64,000 bases of DNA from contig DALYEP010000001.1 in NCBI GenBank assembly GCA_031972475.1, forward strand, positions 543,180-607,179. Reading direction: 5' to 3'. A program made the translations under genes and the position numbers. The notes beneath the pieces were generated by a model. It ran no database searches and was not told the origin of the DNA. It saw only the letters and a list, made by a program, of their open reading frames with translations. Positions 50,211 through 63,243 of the stretch are shown here, one piece after another; position 1 is the stretch's first letter; each line of letters opens with the position of its first letter. The stretch comes from Candidatus Babeliales bacterium. GTDB taxonomy: Bacteria; Babelota; Babeliae; Babelales; CAIQNR01.

Positions 50211-53096
50211 TTATTCAAGAATTTGTAAACCATTATTTGTTACAACAATATTAGAACCTACTGCAGAGTTACGAACAATACCAGCAATACGCTCAGTGTT
50301 ATTCAATAATGGAATTTTTTGCACATGTCGAGCAACAATGCCGCTAAAGGGAATTGCCGATTGCAATTCAACAGGAAGCGCCTCTAAAAGAGCATTTTGA
50401 TGCAAATAAGATGAACGCGTCACCAAGGGAACAGCTCCATCTGTTGTATAATAATTTTTATAATCTCCAAGATGCACATAAGGACCTGAAACTCCATACA
50501 AAATCCCATCAGGAAGGTTTTGCAGTGTTGTACTTGTAACACCTCCTGTAGCATCAGAAACTGTCAATCTATAGAGAGAAGTAAGACGCTGCCCAACAGA
50601 TGCGGCAAGAACATCTATTTGACCGCCAGTGTTATTTTTTGCAACATCATAACCAAAATTAGTTGTAGTAAAGGGAGAAAGCCTTGTCGCAGCAATAGGC
50701 CCTTCAGATAATTGATAATAACGCCATAATGGTTGATCTTTTGTTGTTGCTGTAGAGATAATACCACCAATTCCTGTTGTATAGAGACCATTGCTTGTTG
50801 CAATTAATCCAAAATCGCCTGATATTACTAAATCAGAAAAACTAGGAAATTTTCCACCAAGAAGAGATTGCGCCTCTGCTATAGTATATGATGTTATTTC
50901 ATTCTCATGAAGTTGCGAAAGTTCAATTCTATCAAGAGTTGTCATCGTTAAAACATATAAATTTTGACCATCTACCCATAATTTACGAATATTCTTATAA
51001 GATCCCAATCGAACCCAACTAAATCCATTTAATCCATTAAATGATTTTTGTAGATCAGCACTTCCATCTCCATTTCCAGCACGTAAAACAGCAAGACCCC
51101 CTGTCCCTCCTGCTACAATATACGTACCATAACCATTAACCGTTTCTTTGCAAATAACAGCACTTGTAATAGATGCAATATCATCAATAGCTCCCCCAGA
51201 CATAGTTATAAGATAAGTATTTGAAGTAGGTGCTGATGTAATAGAACCATTTGTAAAAATTTTATTATCTGTACCTAAAAAATTTCCAGTGCGAGGAATA
51301 AAACAATTAAGGTTATTATCTTGACCAGTCTCTATAAGCACAATCTTCTTTAAACCTGTTGCAATCATTAGTGACGTTCTTTGTCCTAAAGTTGTTGTAA
51401 ACCCAAGAGTGTTTTTTGGAAAATCAAAAAGTCCAAGAATTCCTCCCGAAAGCTGAAAAGCATCCTGCAAAAGATAATTAAACCCTACAGCGCCATTAGA
51501 TTCTGTACCACCAAGAACACCATCTGCATAACCATTACTCCATGTAGAAGATATAACCGTATCTACTTGAGTAGAAGAAGATCCTTGAAGAGCTGACAAT
51601 CTACCTTGAGAAGAATCAAAAAAAATTCCAAAAATCTGAGTACTGTTATCCAAAGCACTTATAACACGCTTCCAAGGAGTCCATCCTTTTATTGCACCAT
51701 AAACATCAAACAAAGCTTGCGAATAAAAAACTCCTGCAACTTCATTATTGTCACTAACGGTAGATACAAAAACAGCATCTTTATATGTTGCAATATCTTG
51801 AATAGCTCCAATAGTAGGGCCGCACCCAACTTTTGCCTCTGGATCACTTTCTACAAGTAAATCTGTTGACCTAGACGGAGAAAGCTGAAACGATCTACCC
51901 GTTACGAATGCAGGATTAAAAGCATTATTATAAAAAGTTATTAAATTTGCTCCCGGATTTATAATTTTACTTGCAAGAGCTCCATGTGAAAAATCTGTAA
52001 CCCAAGCAGTCGAACGACCGTATGATAATTTTCTATCAACCAGAGGAAGTGAAAAAACAGTTCGAGTATTATTTTGACTACTTGAATTTCCTACAACAAT
52101 TAAATATGAAGGCCCTGTAGTTGTATGAAGAACTCTAACTTTGCTCAAAGATGCAACAGTGTTAGAGCCCAAACCCCCAATGATATTTTGTTTGCTTGAA
52201 ATGAAATCTTTTGAAATCCATTGTTGTAGTACTAATTTAATAGTATTAGATTTTGTTCCATTTTCATCAACAATAACCGACTGGAGAGGATAGCCCATAG
52301 CTATACCTATTGCACCATCACTTACACCAGCACCTCCTGTTGCCTGAAATACGACATATAGACGATACAGAGCATCGTCCCAACACATATCAAGAACAGT
52401 CCCGCTTAAAGTAGGAGTTGCGCCAATAACTAAAAAATTTTGAGTTCCGTCAAGAGGAACTGCTTTAATAGTAGAACTATTGGGGACAGCAGGCGCTTGA
52501 ATTATCTGAGAAATCCCCCCACCATAAAGTAATGCAATACCAGACCCAACCTCTCCAAAAACCCCGCCCGATTTTTTTACACCTGCAAAAATAACTTCTT
52601 TTGATCCTACTGTTTTTAATATGCCAGAAGTTGTAAGTCCTTGAGCATCTTTTACACCTTGAATAGAACTTAATTGAATGGTAGAACTTGCTAAGGGACT
52701 TGATATCCAATATAAATCACTAGGACTATCATTACAAACAACTAGAGGGGTTGATTTAAATGTACTAAGATTTAAAATTTTTTGACCAATAAGAGGATTG
52801 TCTGAATCAGCAACGCCATTATAGGTAACTTTAGAAGGGGCAAGTGGTAAAAAAAATGAATTTCCTGTGCCGTACCCAGAAATAGAATACTGTCTTACAG
52901 AATCTGCAGAAGTAGTATCTGTTGCACTTGATTGAGCAACATAAAAAGAACTTCCTGCATTTGCCGAAGAAAGAACATTAAAAGAAAAACTTTTTCCCTG
53001 CGCAGCTTCAGAATCACCTTTAATAACAATGCGTGCTTCAAGGCCAAAAGATATAGTTAATAAAAAGAACCTTTTTATATATTTTAAAAAAATCAT
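50211..53096 (-). CDS. Large (961 aa) Gly/Ser/Thr-rich secreted surface protein
   Basis: Signal peptide, no lipobox, and repetitive G/S/T/N composition consistent with beta-rich repeats. Confidence 0.55.
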   Translation of the reverse strand: MIFLKYIKRFFLLTISFGLEARIVIKGDSEAAQGKSFSFNVLSSANAGSSFYVAQSSATDTTSADSVRQYSISGYGTGNSFFLPLAPSKVTYNGVADSDNPLIGQKILNLSTFKSTPLVVCNDSPSDLYWISSPLASSTIQLSSIQGVKDAQGLTTSGILKTVGSKEVIFAGVKKSGGVFGEVGSGIALLYGGGISQIIQAPAVPNSSTIKAVPLDGTQNFLVIGATPTLSGTVLDMCWDDALYRLYVVFQATGGAGVSDGAIGIAMGYPLQSVIVDENGTKSNTIKLVLQQWISKDFISSKQNIIGGLGSNTVASLSKVRVLHTTTGPSYLIVVGNSSSQNNTRTVFSLPLVDRKLSYGRSTAWVTDFSHGALASKIINPGANLITFYNNAFNPAFVTGRSFQLSPSRSTDLLVESDPEAKVGCGPTIGAIQDIATYKDAVFVSTVSDNNEVAGVFYSQALFDVYGAIKGWTPWKRVISALDNSTQIFGIFFDSSQGRLSALQGSSSTQVDTVISSTWSNGYADGVLGGTESNGAVGFNYLLQDAFQLSGGILGLFDFPKNTLGFTTTLGQRTSLMIATGLKKIVLIETGQDNNLNCFIPRTGNFLGTDNKIFTNGSITSAPTSNTYLITMSGGAIDDIASITSAVICKETVNGYGTYIVAGGTGGLAVLRAGNGDGSADLQKSFNGLNGFSWVRLGSYKNIRKLWVDGQNLYVLTMTTLDRIELSQLHENEITSYTIAEAQSLLGGKFPSFSDLVISGDFGLIATSNGLYTTGIGGIISTATTKDQPLWRYYQLSEGPIAATRLSPFTTTNFGYDVAKNNTGGQIDVLAASVGQRLTSLYRLTVSDATGGVTSTTLQNLPDGILYGVSGPYVHLGDYKNYYTTDGAVPLVTRSSYLHQNALLEALPVELQSAIPFSGIVARHVQKIPLLNNTERIAGIVRNSAVGSNIVVTNNGLQILE

Positions 53097-53422
53097 TTAT
53101 ATCCTTAATAACATTAAACTCTGTACTTTAATTTTTAAAATTATAGATCAAAAAGCATAAGCTGTGAAATTAAAGCTCAAAGCAATGCTCTACACGCAAT
53201 CATCCGATAGTTTAAATACATAATAATACACCTGTCTTAATTGATAAATTCAAAAGTAAAAAATTAAAATAATTTGACTTTCGATATGCAAAAAGTACAC
53301 TTCAGATTGAAATTAAAATTAGCTAAAATTTGATTTTTAAAAGCTTGATTTTTTTAAAAAAATTCAAAAAAATCACAATTCGTATCTTTATTAAGATATA
53401 TTATTCACTTTAAGAGGTAATT

Positions 53423-54958
53423 GTGCATACAAAAATATTTTCAGCTACAACAATTGGGGTTCAAGCACATTTAGTTGATGTAGAAGTTGATCTCTCTTAC
53501 GGAATGATGAATTTTTTTATCGTAGGTCTTCCAGATACAGCAATCAAAGAAAGTCGACAAAGAATACAAACTGCTCTTAAAAATTGCGGTATTAAACTAC
53601 CAGAAAGAAAGATCACTGTTAATTTAGCACCTGCTGACTTAAAAAAAGAGGGGACTCTTTTTGATTTACCTATAGCAATAGGAATTTTACAAGCAGCAGG
53701 GCTTATACAAATATCTCAAGAAGTATTAAGTAATACTATTTTTATAGGAGAGCTTTCTTTAGATGGATCAATAAAACCCATAAAAGGGGCTCTTGCTGTT
53801 GCCTTTGATGCTAAAAAATTAAATAAAAATGCAATAATACTTCCCCAAGCAAATGCGCAAGAAGCAAGCCTTGTGCAAGGTATAACTATTTATGGGGTAA
53901 ATCATCTTGTTGAACTTATAGCATTTTTACGTGGAGAGCGAGCGATACAGCCCGAACCATGTTATGATTATAGAGCATTATCAGAGTCTTATCCCTTTGA
54001 TTTTTCACAAGTTAAAGGTCAAGAGATTGCAAAACGAGCACTTACTATTGCAGCTGCAGGAAATCACAATATTTTATTTATTGGACCTCCTGGTTCTGGA
54101 AAAACTATGCTAGCAAAAAGACTTGCCACAATCATGCCTTCTATGAACTTTGAAGAAGCTCTCGAGACCACAAAAATTTATTCCATTACTGGCAAATTAG
54201 ATGGTAAAAACATCTTAGGCCAACGCCCTTTTAGAGCGCCACATCATACAATTTCCCAAGCAGGTCTTGTAGGAGGAGGCTCATTCCCCCAGCCAGGAGA
54301 AATTAGCTTAGCGCACAATGGAATTTTATTTTTAGACGAACTTACAGAGTTTAAAAGAGATACCCTAGAAGTAATGAGACAACCATTAGAAAACAAAGAA
54401 GTTCAAATATCAAGAGCTCAATATTCTATAAAATTTCCTGCTTCGTTTTTACTTGTAGCAGCTCTTAATCCTTGCCCTTGCGGTTATTATGGAGACAAAA
54501 AGAAAGAGTGCATCTGTAGTCAAGAAAAAATTAATAAATATTTAGATAAACTTTCAGGACCACTTCTTGACCGAATTGACCTTCAAATTTATGTACCCGG
54601 GGTAGACTACGAAACAATAAAAGATCCTCAAAACAAAAATCAAACCTCTGAAGAAATTAAAATAAAAGTTCAAAAAGCTGTAAATCTTCAAGAAACGCGA
54701 TTCGATTCTTATTTACAAAAAAATGCAACTATGAATCCTGATCAAATAGAACTTTCATGCAAGTTAACACAAGAAGGAGAGGTTCTTATGAAAAAAGTAT
54801 TTGAACGTTTAAATTTAAGCATGCGCGGATATCATAAAGTTCTTAAAGTTGCTCGAACCATAGCTGATCTTGAAGGATCTGACATAATAAAACCTAATCA
54901 TATTCAAGAAGCTCTTATGTATAGATCTGTTGATCAATACTTTGAAAGGAAAAAATAA
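53423..54958 (+). CDS. comM: Mg-chelatase-like AAA+ protein YifB/ComM
   Basis: N-terminal Lon-like domain, GPPGSGKTMLAKRL Walker A and the C-terminal ChlI-like region. GTG start after AAGAGG. Confidence 0.85.
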   Translation: MHTKIFSATTIGVQAHLVDVEVDLSYGMMNFFIVGLPDTAIKESRQRIQTALKNCGIKLPERKITVNLAPADLKKEGTLFDLPIAIGILQAAGLIQISQEVLSNTIFIGELSLDGSIKPIKGALAVAFDAKKLNKNAIILPQANAQEASLVQGITIYGVNHLVELIAFLRGERAIQPEPCYDYRALSESYPFDFSQVKGQEIAKRALTIAAAGNHNILFIGPPGSGKTMLAKRLATIMPSMNFEEALETTKIYSITGKLDGKNILGQRPFRAPHHTISQAGLVGGGSFPQPGEISLAHNGILFLDELTEFKRDTLEVMRQPLENKEVQISRAQYSIKFPASFLLVAALNPCPCGYYGDKKKECICSQEKINKYLDKLSGPLLDRIDLQIYVPGVDYETIKDPQNKNQTSEEIKIKVQKAVNLQETRFDSYLQKNATMNPDQIELSCKLTQEGEVLMKKVFERLNLSMRGYHKVLKVARTIADLEGSDIIKPNHIQEALMYRSVDQYFERKK

Positions 54959-55677
54959 TGAAAATAAAAAACTTATTTATAATAATCACTATAAGCTATT
55001 TAAACATTATATCAGCAGGACAAAGTATATGGAGACAAGCTGGAAAAAAACTATTTAAAAATGGCATCTCATTTATAAAAAACCAATCAATAAATTCAAC
55101 AAAAACACTTACTCTTCAAATACAAGAAAGACCTCTTGAAGCAACAATAGGAGCTTGCACTGGAGGCATTGCAGCATACGCATTTTCAGGAGAAAATGAT
55201 AATTTTATAATCAAAGCTCAAAAAATAGCAACTGGCTCTTCTCTTGGCCTTTTAGTAGGCCTGCAAAGAGGATCTATCAATTCAAAACTTGGCACTATCT
55301 TTAATGAAATTAAAACATTACGATCTGAGCAAAAAATTGCTTTTTCAGAATTAAATAATGTTATAAAACAAAACTTTAAAGAAACAAAGAGTGATTTTAA
55401 TTTTTTACTACTAAGGATAAATCGCACAAGAAAAGTTATTTTAGGAAAATTGAATAAAATACAAAAAAATCAAAGTGAATTAAGCTCAAAAATAGACGTT
55501 CTAACATCTCAACAAAAAGAATCTTACCATAACCTCCATAACGCTATTAAAGAGAACAATTCTTATACAAATCGTTTAGAAGAAAAAACTGCATTGATAG
55601 ATGAAAAAACGACATTAATTTTAGAAACAATAATAAACGACCAAAAGAAACGATCCTCTAGATATTTTTTTGATTGA
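54958..55677 (+). CDS. Hypothetical secreted coiled-coil protein
   Basis: Its start overlaps the comM stop (ATGA). A signal peptide is present. Confidence 0.4.
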   Translation: MKIKNLFIIITISYLNIISAGQSIWRQAGKKLFKNGISFIKNQSINSTKTLTLQIQERPLEATIGACTGGIAAYAFSGENDNFIIKAQKIATGSSLGLLVGLQRGSINSKLGTIFNEIKTLRSEQKIAFSELNNVIKQNFKETKSDFNFLLLRINRTRKVILGKLNKIQKNQSELSSKIDVLTSQQKESYHNLHNAIKENNSYTNRLEEKTALIDEKTTLILETIINDQKKRSSRYFFD

Positions 55678-55732
55678 CAGTTAGAAAACCCATGATAGAA
55701 TGTTCATTATCAACTTGAGTACAAAAATAGAT

Positions 55733-55809
<77 letters not shown>

Positions 55810-55839
55810 AATCAAACACTTCTTAATTTTAAAAAGTTT

Positions 55840-56322
55840 ATGAAAAAGATACTTTTAATTTTACTATTTACATCATTCAATTTATTCGCTTCTCAACCCC
55901 CTGTAAGAGAAGCTTTTAAAAAATCGCTTGCAAGGACAAGATCAATTTTAAAAGAAGAAGAAAAAGAAAAAGAACCACGAACAGTAAAATTGGCAAAGAA
56001 AATAACTGAAAATGAGCAAGTGGTAACTTCGACAAAACAAATACCACCAATTTTAATTGATGAAAAAGAATCGGAATCGGAAAAAGCTCAATACTCACAA
56101 TTAGAAAGAAACAATAAAAAAATTCATGATTATATTAAATATAGGCATGAATTAAGAAAGGGCTTAGAATCAATAAATGCTTCTGGCAAAACTTTTCCTC
56201 CATTTAATAATACAATTGAACAAAAAATATTTTTGCTAGACTCAATAGAAAGAGCTACGGGAATAATCGCTTTTTACATACAACAAAATAAATCTCTTAG
56301 AAAACAATTAGAAAAAGAATAA
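55840..56322 (+). CDS. Hypothetical secreted protein
   Basis: Signal peptide MKKILLILLFTSFNLFA. K/E-rich. Confidence 0.4.
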   Translation: MKKILLILLFTSFNLFASQPPVREAFKKSLARTRSILKEEEKEKEPRTVKLAKKITENEQVVTSTKQIPPILIDEKESESEKAQYSQLERNNKKIHDYIKYRHELRKGLESINASGKTFPPFNNTIEQKIFLLDSIERATGIIAFYIQQNKSLRKQLEKE

Positions 56323-56719
56323 ATGTACTTGAAGCAAGTATTTAAATAATAAAATCTTACAATAAACAAGTATTTCATATGAAAAAATCAAAAAATATTT
56401 TTATTTTCTTTCTTTATATCTTCAATTAAAAGCAGTGATTTAAAAGGTTCATTAAATATGAAATCTAATAAAATTAAGCCCAATAGCATCAAATTCTTTT
56501 AAAACTCCGCTCTCTACTACCTCTTTTAAAAGAGGTAGTTTACGTGACTTAATTACAGCTGCAATCGAAATAGAGTTAAATTCTTCAAAATTTCATAAAC
56601 GCATGATAAGGCGCTATGAACGTGATCGCAGTAAGGACGTAAGGGCTATCAATTTAACTCGTGAATTAATAACTGACCACACTAACAGTATCAGCGATTC
56701 AGAAAAAATTTTAAATTTA

Positions 56720-58258
56720 TTACTTTAAAAAAAACAGTCTAATTTTAAAAAGCTTTTTTGTTCTATAAAGCGCATAAAAATAAACCATAATAACGGGCAT
56801 TGCCCAAATCCAATAACCAAAACTTTTTAGCATAAAAAAATTCATCCATAAGTTGTTTTCAAAAATAAGTTCAACTAAGCGACGAACTGTTTTATATAAA
56901 ATCAATGCAGGAAGCGATAAAATAATTACTTGTACAGCATATTTAGCTGAAAATTTAACAAAGTTTGATAAATAAAGCTTAAAGTTATGATATTTTTGAA
57001 GTAAATAAAGTGAAATAAACATTTGAACAATACCTGAAAGAGTAGTTGCAAATGGAATTCCAGCACCGCCCCACCATGCAAAAAAAACAAAGTTAAACCA
57101 ATAATTTAAGAACGTTGCAATAATTGCTGTATAGGTAGGTCTATAAGTATCATGAAAAGAATAAAAGAGTGTAAGTAAAATTTTATTTACAGAAATCCAA
57201 AACAACCCTATCAAATAACCAATCAACATCCACCCTGCTAAAGGTATAACATCAGAAGGAAATTTATTTGATGATGAAGCAAAAAGTGTTAAAAAAATAT
57301 CATCTGCTAAATAACACATAATAAGCGTAGCAGGAGCTGTAACCCATAAAATAAATTTTGCAGCTTCTAATAAATAAAAACTTAATCTTCGCGGTGCATA
57401 CATTACAACTCGAGAAAAATGTGGCAATAAAATAGTAGAAAAAGCTGTAGAAAAAACACCCAAAGGAATTCCCATTAATCGAGAAGTATATTTAATAAGT
57501 GTAACAGTGCCAGCAGCTCCATACGATGCAAAAACATTATCTATGATGAGGTTAATTTCCATAACGCTCATACTAAAAAAACAAGGTAGGAACTTAGCTA
57601 AAATTTTTAAAAATGATTTATAAGATTCTTTTGTAGGAAAACTTAAAGAAAACCCTAATTGTATATACATCCAAACATGAAGTAAAAATTGAATAAAACC
57701 GCCAAGCATAATAGCCCATGAAAGATATTCAATTGTATACCCCTGCATTAAACAAACAACAATTCCCCCAATATAAAAAATGTTTAAAAGAACAGGCGCA
57801 AACGAAGGAACAAAAAAATGATGAGCTGATTGAAGAGCTCCTGTTAATAATGAACTTGTAGAAATAAAAAAAATAAAAGGCATTAAAATTTTAAGGCATG
57901 GAACCGCAAGAGAAATTTGATCAGAAGAAAAGCCTGGAGCAAAAAGACGTAATGTAAATTCTGTTTTCCACATAATAAAGGCACATAAAAAAAGCACTAC
58001 GCTTTCAAACGCAAGTAAAGAAAGAGACATAAGGCTATTTGCCTGATCAACTCCTTCTTTTTTATAAACATTAACAAATGTTGGAACAAATGCTGCTGTT
58101 AAAGCTCCCTCAGCAAACATTTTACGCAGCGAATTTGGGATCATAAAAGCTGTATTAAAAGCATCATTTGCAATACCAATACCCAAAAATCTCATTTGTA
58201 AAATTTCACGTGAAAGACCTAAAAATCTACTTATAAGAGTATTACCACCAACTTGCAT
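56720..58258 (-). CDS. murJ: Lipid II flippase MurJ (MviN)
   Basis: N-terminus (FLGIGIANDAFNTAFMIPNSLRKMFAEGALTAAFVPTF) matches MurJ. Start placed at the internal Met (MQVGGNTLISRF), which removes the 26-nt overlap with the upstream ABC gene. Confidence 0.8.
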   Translation of the reverse strand: MQVGGNTLISRFLGLSREILQMRFLGIGIANDAFNTAFMIPNSLRKMFAEGALTAAFVPTFVNVYKKEGVDQANSLMSLSLLAFESVVLFLCAFIMWKTEFTLRLFAPGFSSDQISLAVPCLKILMPFIFFISTSSLLTGALQSAHHFFVPSFAPVLLNIFYIGGIVVCLMQGYTIEYLSWAIMLGGFIQFLLHVWMYIQLGFSLSFPTKESYKSFLKILAKFLPCFFSMSVMEINLIIDNVFASYGAAGTVTLIKYTSRLMGIPLGVFSTAFSTILLPHFSRVVMYAPRRLSFYLLEAAKFILWVTAPATLIMCYLADDIFLTLFASSSNKFPSDVIPLAGWMLIGYLIGLFWISVNKILLTLFYSFHDTYRPTYTAIIATFLNYWFNFVFFAWWGGAGIPFATTLSGIVQMFISLYLLQKYHNFKLYLSNFVKFSAKYAVQVIILSLPALILYKTVRRLVELIFENNLWMNFFMLKSFGYWIWAMPVIMVYFYALYRTKKLFKIRLFFLK

Positions 58259-58328
58259 TGTTTTTTGCAGAATAGATTTTCTTGATAATGTTTTAGACAC
58301 AATAGATACCTTTGATTTTTTAAATAAT

Positions 58329-58997
58329 CTATAAAACGGGTGATAGAATACCATCTTTTATAGTAAATACCACTTCCATATTGCTTGTAATATAACTATT
58401 GTGAGAGGATATTAACAGTCCCATGCCCCACTTTTTTTGACAAGCAAGCAGTGTTGTTAATAATTGTTTACCTGTTTTTTCATCTAAACTACCCGTTGGT
58501 TCATCTGCAAGTAAAAATGAAGGCCTTGGAAGAAGTGCTCTTATTAGTGCAACTCTTTGTAATTGACCACCCGAAAGTTGTCCAACATTCCAGTCTTTAG
58601 TATGATCAAGCCCAAGCATAGAAAAAAGCTCCTGCAATCTAAAATCTGTCTCTTGATCAGAAAGGCCTATAATGCTTCCAACAATTTTACAATTTTCATA
58701 CACCGTTAACTCTTTAATCATATGAGGAGTTTGAGTTACTAACTGCAAACAAGTAGCGCGTTGTATAGGAGAAAGTTTATATATATCTTTATCATTAAAT
58801 AAAACTGCACCCTGACAAGGGGCATCAAAGCCTGCAACAATATGCATTAATGTTGATTTACCAATTCCAGAAACTCCAACCAGTCCATACGTAACGCCCT
58901 GCTTAAATAAGCTTGTGCAGTTATTTATAATTGTAATTCTATTTTTATTATGAACAAAGCTTTTTTGAACATTTTTTAGCTGCAATATATCCATCAT
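58329..58997 (-). CDS. ABC transporter ATP-binding protein (LolD/FtsE-like)
   Basis: Walker A GVSGIGKST, signature LSGGQLQRVALIRAL and Walker B FLLADEPTGSLD. Confidence 0.75.
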   Translation of the reverse strand: MMDILQLKNVQKSFVHNKNRITIINNCTSLFKQGVTYGLVGVSGIGKSTLMHIVAGFDAPCQGAVLFNDKDIYKLSPIQRATCLQLVTQTPHMIKELTVYENCKIVGSIIGLSDQETDFRLQELFSMLGLDHTKDWNVGQLSGGQLQRVALIRALLPRPSFLLADEPTGSLDEKTGKQLLTTLLACQKKWGMGLLISSHNSYITSNMEVVFTIKDGILSPVL

Positions 58998-59152
58998 GCA
59001 TAATCTTTTTTAAAAAGTTATTATCATTTTATCAATACATCTATCAGAGCAATACGATGCTTATCAGTTTACATAGAAATATTGTTTTTCAAAATTCAAA
59101 TTCTCTACAATGGTCTAAGTCGATAGCCTAACAAAACAGAGGGGGAACGTTA

Positions 59153-61498
59153 ATGAGGGCAATAAATAAAGATATCGAAAAAAACATCCAAGAGATACTT
59201 CCAATCATACCAACTGTGGACGTCGTAGTATTTCCACATATGATTGTACCTCTTTTGGTCCTTGATGAAAGAATCATTGAAGGTATCAATCAAAGTCTTG
59301 ATGGATCAAAACGGGTCCTCTTGCTTGCTTCCAAAAAAAAGGTCGAAGATTATCAAGGAGCTATTGGAACAAAAGATCTTTATGAAGTAGGAACCATTTC
59401 ATCAATTATGCGTATGATTAAAATTCCTGAAGGAGGGGTAAAGATTTTAGTACAAGGTATTTCAAAAGCACGCGTTAAAAGCATAATAACTGAAGAAAAT
59501 ATCTTATCTGTAGTAGTAGAAGAAATTGCACCAATAGAAAATGAAGATCAAAACCAAATAACTCAACATATTAAATTGATCAAAGAACAAGCAGAAAAAA
59601 TAAGTTCTTCGAGCCATTCATTTAGTCCAGATTTTCATATCATACTTTCTAAAATGTATGACTCTAACAAAATAGCAGATTTTATTTTATCGCATTTAAA
59701 TCTTTCTGTAGAAGATGCCCAAGCACTTCTTGAAACACCTACTCAAGAAGAATTTTTAGAAGGAATTTACTTCCACCTCAATAAAGAAGTTGAAGTTGCA
59801 GAAACACAAGAAAGAATTCGCAGCAAAGCTCGCGATTCTATGAACAAAGCACAAAAAGAATTCTACCTAAGAGAACAGCTTAAAGCTATCAAACAAGAAC
59901 TCGGAGAGGATGATGCAGAAGAACTTGAATTGCTTCGTAATAAATTATCAAATTTAAATATTCCAGAAGAAGCGCATACAGAAATTACACGTCAACTCAA
60001 CAGACTAGAAAAAACAGCTCCCGATTCTGTTGAAGCAACAGTTACACGAAATTATTTAGAAACAGTTATCTCACTTCCATGGAATCAATCCACTGAAGAC
60101 AATCTTGATATTACACATGCACGATCAATTCTTGATGAAGATCACTTTGGTCTTAAAGAAATAAAAGATCGCATTCTTGATTATATATCAGTAAGAAATC
60201 TTAAAAATGATGGCTACGCTCCTATTCTTTGCTTTGCTGGCCCTCCTGGTGTAGGAAAAACATCTTTGGGCAAATCAATTGCACGAAGCCTAGGAAGAAA
60301 CTATCAAAGAATATCGCTTGGTGGGGTAAAAGATGAAGCTGAAATACGTGGTCACCGCAGAACATATGTTGGTTCAATGCCAGGACGCTTTATACAAGCA
60401 ATAAAAAAAGCTGGTAGCAACAATCCTGTTTTAATTATAGATGAGCTTGACAAAATAGGTTCAGATTTTAGGGGAGATCCTTCAGCTGCAATGCTTGAAG
60501 TGCTTGATCCACAACAAAACAAAACATTCTATGATAACTATCTTGGAATACCATTTGATCTTTCAAATGTTATTTTTATTGCAACAGCAAATGATATTAG
60601 CACTATTTCTGAACCACTGCGCGATCGCATGGAAATAATTAATCTTTCTAGCTACACGATAGAAGAAAAAATAAATATTGCTAAAAAGCACTTAATTGAA
60701 AAAGCAATAGAAGATACTGGGCTTAAAGGCAAAGGAATTGAATTTTCAAATGAAGTACTTAAAGAACTTATTACAAACTACACACAAGAAGCTGGTGTTA
60801 GAAATCTAGAAAGACTTTTAAGAAAACTCTGCTCAAAAGCAGCTCGCACCTTAGTAGAAGAAAAACACTCTTTAATATTTACTCCAGAAACTCTCAATAC
60901 CCATCTTGGGCCAAAGAAAATTGTTGATTTTGACAATGATCTTATAAGCCAAGTTGGAATTACCAATGGGCTTGCATGGACTCCTTATGGAGGAGAAATG
61001 ATAAAAGTAGAGGCAGTTCTTATGAAAGGAAAAGGTAACATTATCTTAACCGGACAACTTGGTGACGTCATGAAAGAATCTGCTCGTGCAGCATTAAGTT
61101 ATATACGCGCTCATGCACAAGATTTTAATATTGATGACAAAAAATTTACCGATTATGACCTTCATATTCATATACCAGCAGGAGCAGTTCCTAAAGATGG
61201 CCCTTCTGGTGGAATAACAATGCTTTCATCAATTCTTTCTGTTTTTACTGACCGTGCAATTGATGGTAGCTATGCAATGACCGGTGAAATAAATCTAAGA
61301 GGAAGAGTCATGCCTATCGGCGGAGTAAAAGAAAAAATACTTGCAGCAAAACGAAATCATATAAAAACAGTTATATTACCAGCTTCAAATAAAAATGATT
61401 TAGCCGATGCACTAGAGCTTCATGAAGATATCGATATTGTATGGGTTGAACATGCAAATGAAGTTTTAGAAAAAATATTACTTCCAAAAATGGCATAA
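59153..61498 (+). CDS. lon: ATP-dependent protease Lon
   Basis: Walker A GPPGVGKTSLGKSIA. Protease Ser-Lys site PKDGPSGGITM. RBS GAGGGGG. Confidence 0.9.
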   Translation: MRAINKDIEKNIQEILPIIPTVDVVVFPHMIVPLLVLDERIIEGINQSLDGSKRVLLLASKKKVEDYQGAIGTKDLYEVGTISSIMRMIKIPEGGVKILVQGISKARVKSIITEENILSVVVEEIAPIENEDQNQITQHIKLIKEQAEKISSSSHSFSPDFHIILSKMYDSNKIADFILSHLNLSVEDAQALLETPTQEEFLEGIYFHLNKEVEVAETQERIRSKARDSMNKAQKEFYLREQLKAIKQELGEDDAEELELLRNKLSNLNIPEEAHTEITRQLNRLEKTAPDSVEATVTRNYLETVISLPWNQSTEDNLDITHARSILDEDHFGLKEIKDRILDYISVRNLKNDGYAPILCFAGPPGVGKTSLGKSIARSLGRNYQRISLGGVKDEAEIRGHRRTYVGSMPGRFIQAIKKAGSNNPVLIIDELDKIGSDFRGDPSAAMLEVLDPQQNKTFYDNYLGIPFDLSNVIFIATANDISTISEPLRDRMEIINLSSYTIEEKINIAKKHLIEKAIEDTGLKGKGIEFSNEVLKELITNYTQEAGVRNLERLLRKLCSKAARTLVEEKHSLIFTPETLNTHLGPKKIVDFDNDLISQVGITNGLAWTPYGGEMIKVEAVLMKGKGNIILTGQLGDVMKESARAALSYIRAHAQDFNIDDKKFTDYDLHIHIPAGAVPKDGPSGGITMLSSILSVFTDRAIDGSYAMTGEINLRGRVMPIGGVKEKILAAKRNHIKTVILPASNKNDLADALELHEDIDIVWVEHANEVLEKILLPKMA

Positions 61499-61522
61499 TT
61501 TAAAACTTTTTTAAAAATAAAA

Positions 61523-61545
61523 AGAGGGATTGTTTTAATCCCTCT
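61523..61545. terminator. Hairpin AGAGGGATT-GTTTT-AATCCCTCT flanked by A-runs and T-runs; bidirectional terminator for convergent lon and groEL
   Basis: Read directly. Confidence 0.75.
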
Positions 61546-61572
61546 TTTTATTTTTAAAAAGAAAACTATTTC

Positions 61573-63237
<1,665 letters not shown>

Positions 63238-63243
63238 TCAATT

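Noticed and set aside
55681-55732. A possible second tRNA or tmRNA near the tRNA-fMet
   Set aside because: Only one cloverleaf with a GGTTCGAATCC T-arm exists in the window. The flanking sequence is AT-rich and has no acceptor-stem complementarity.
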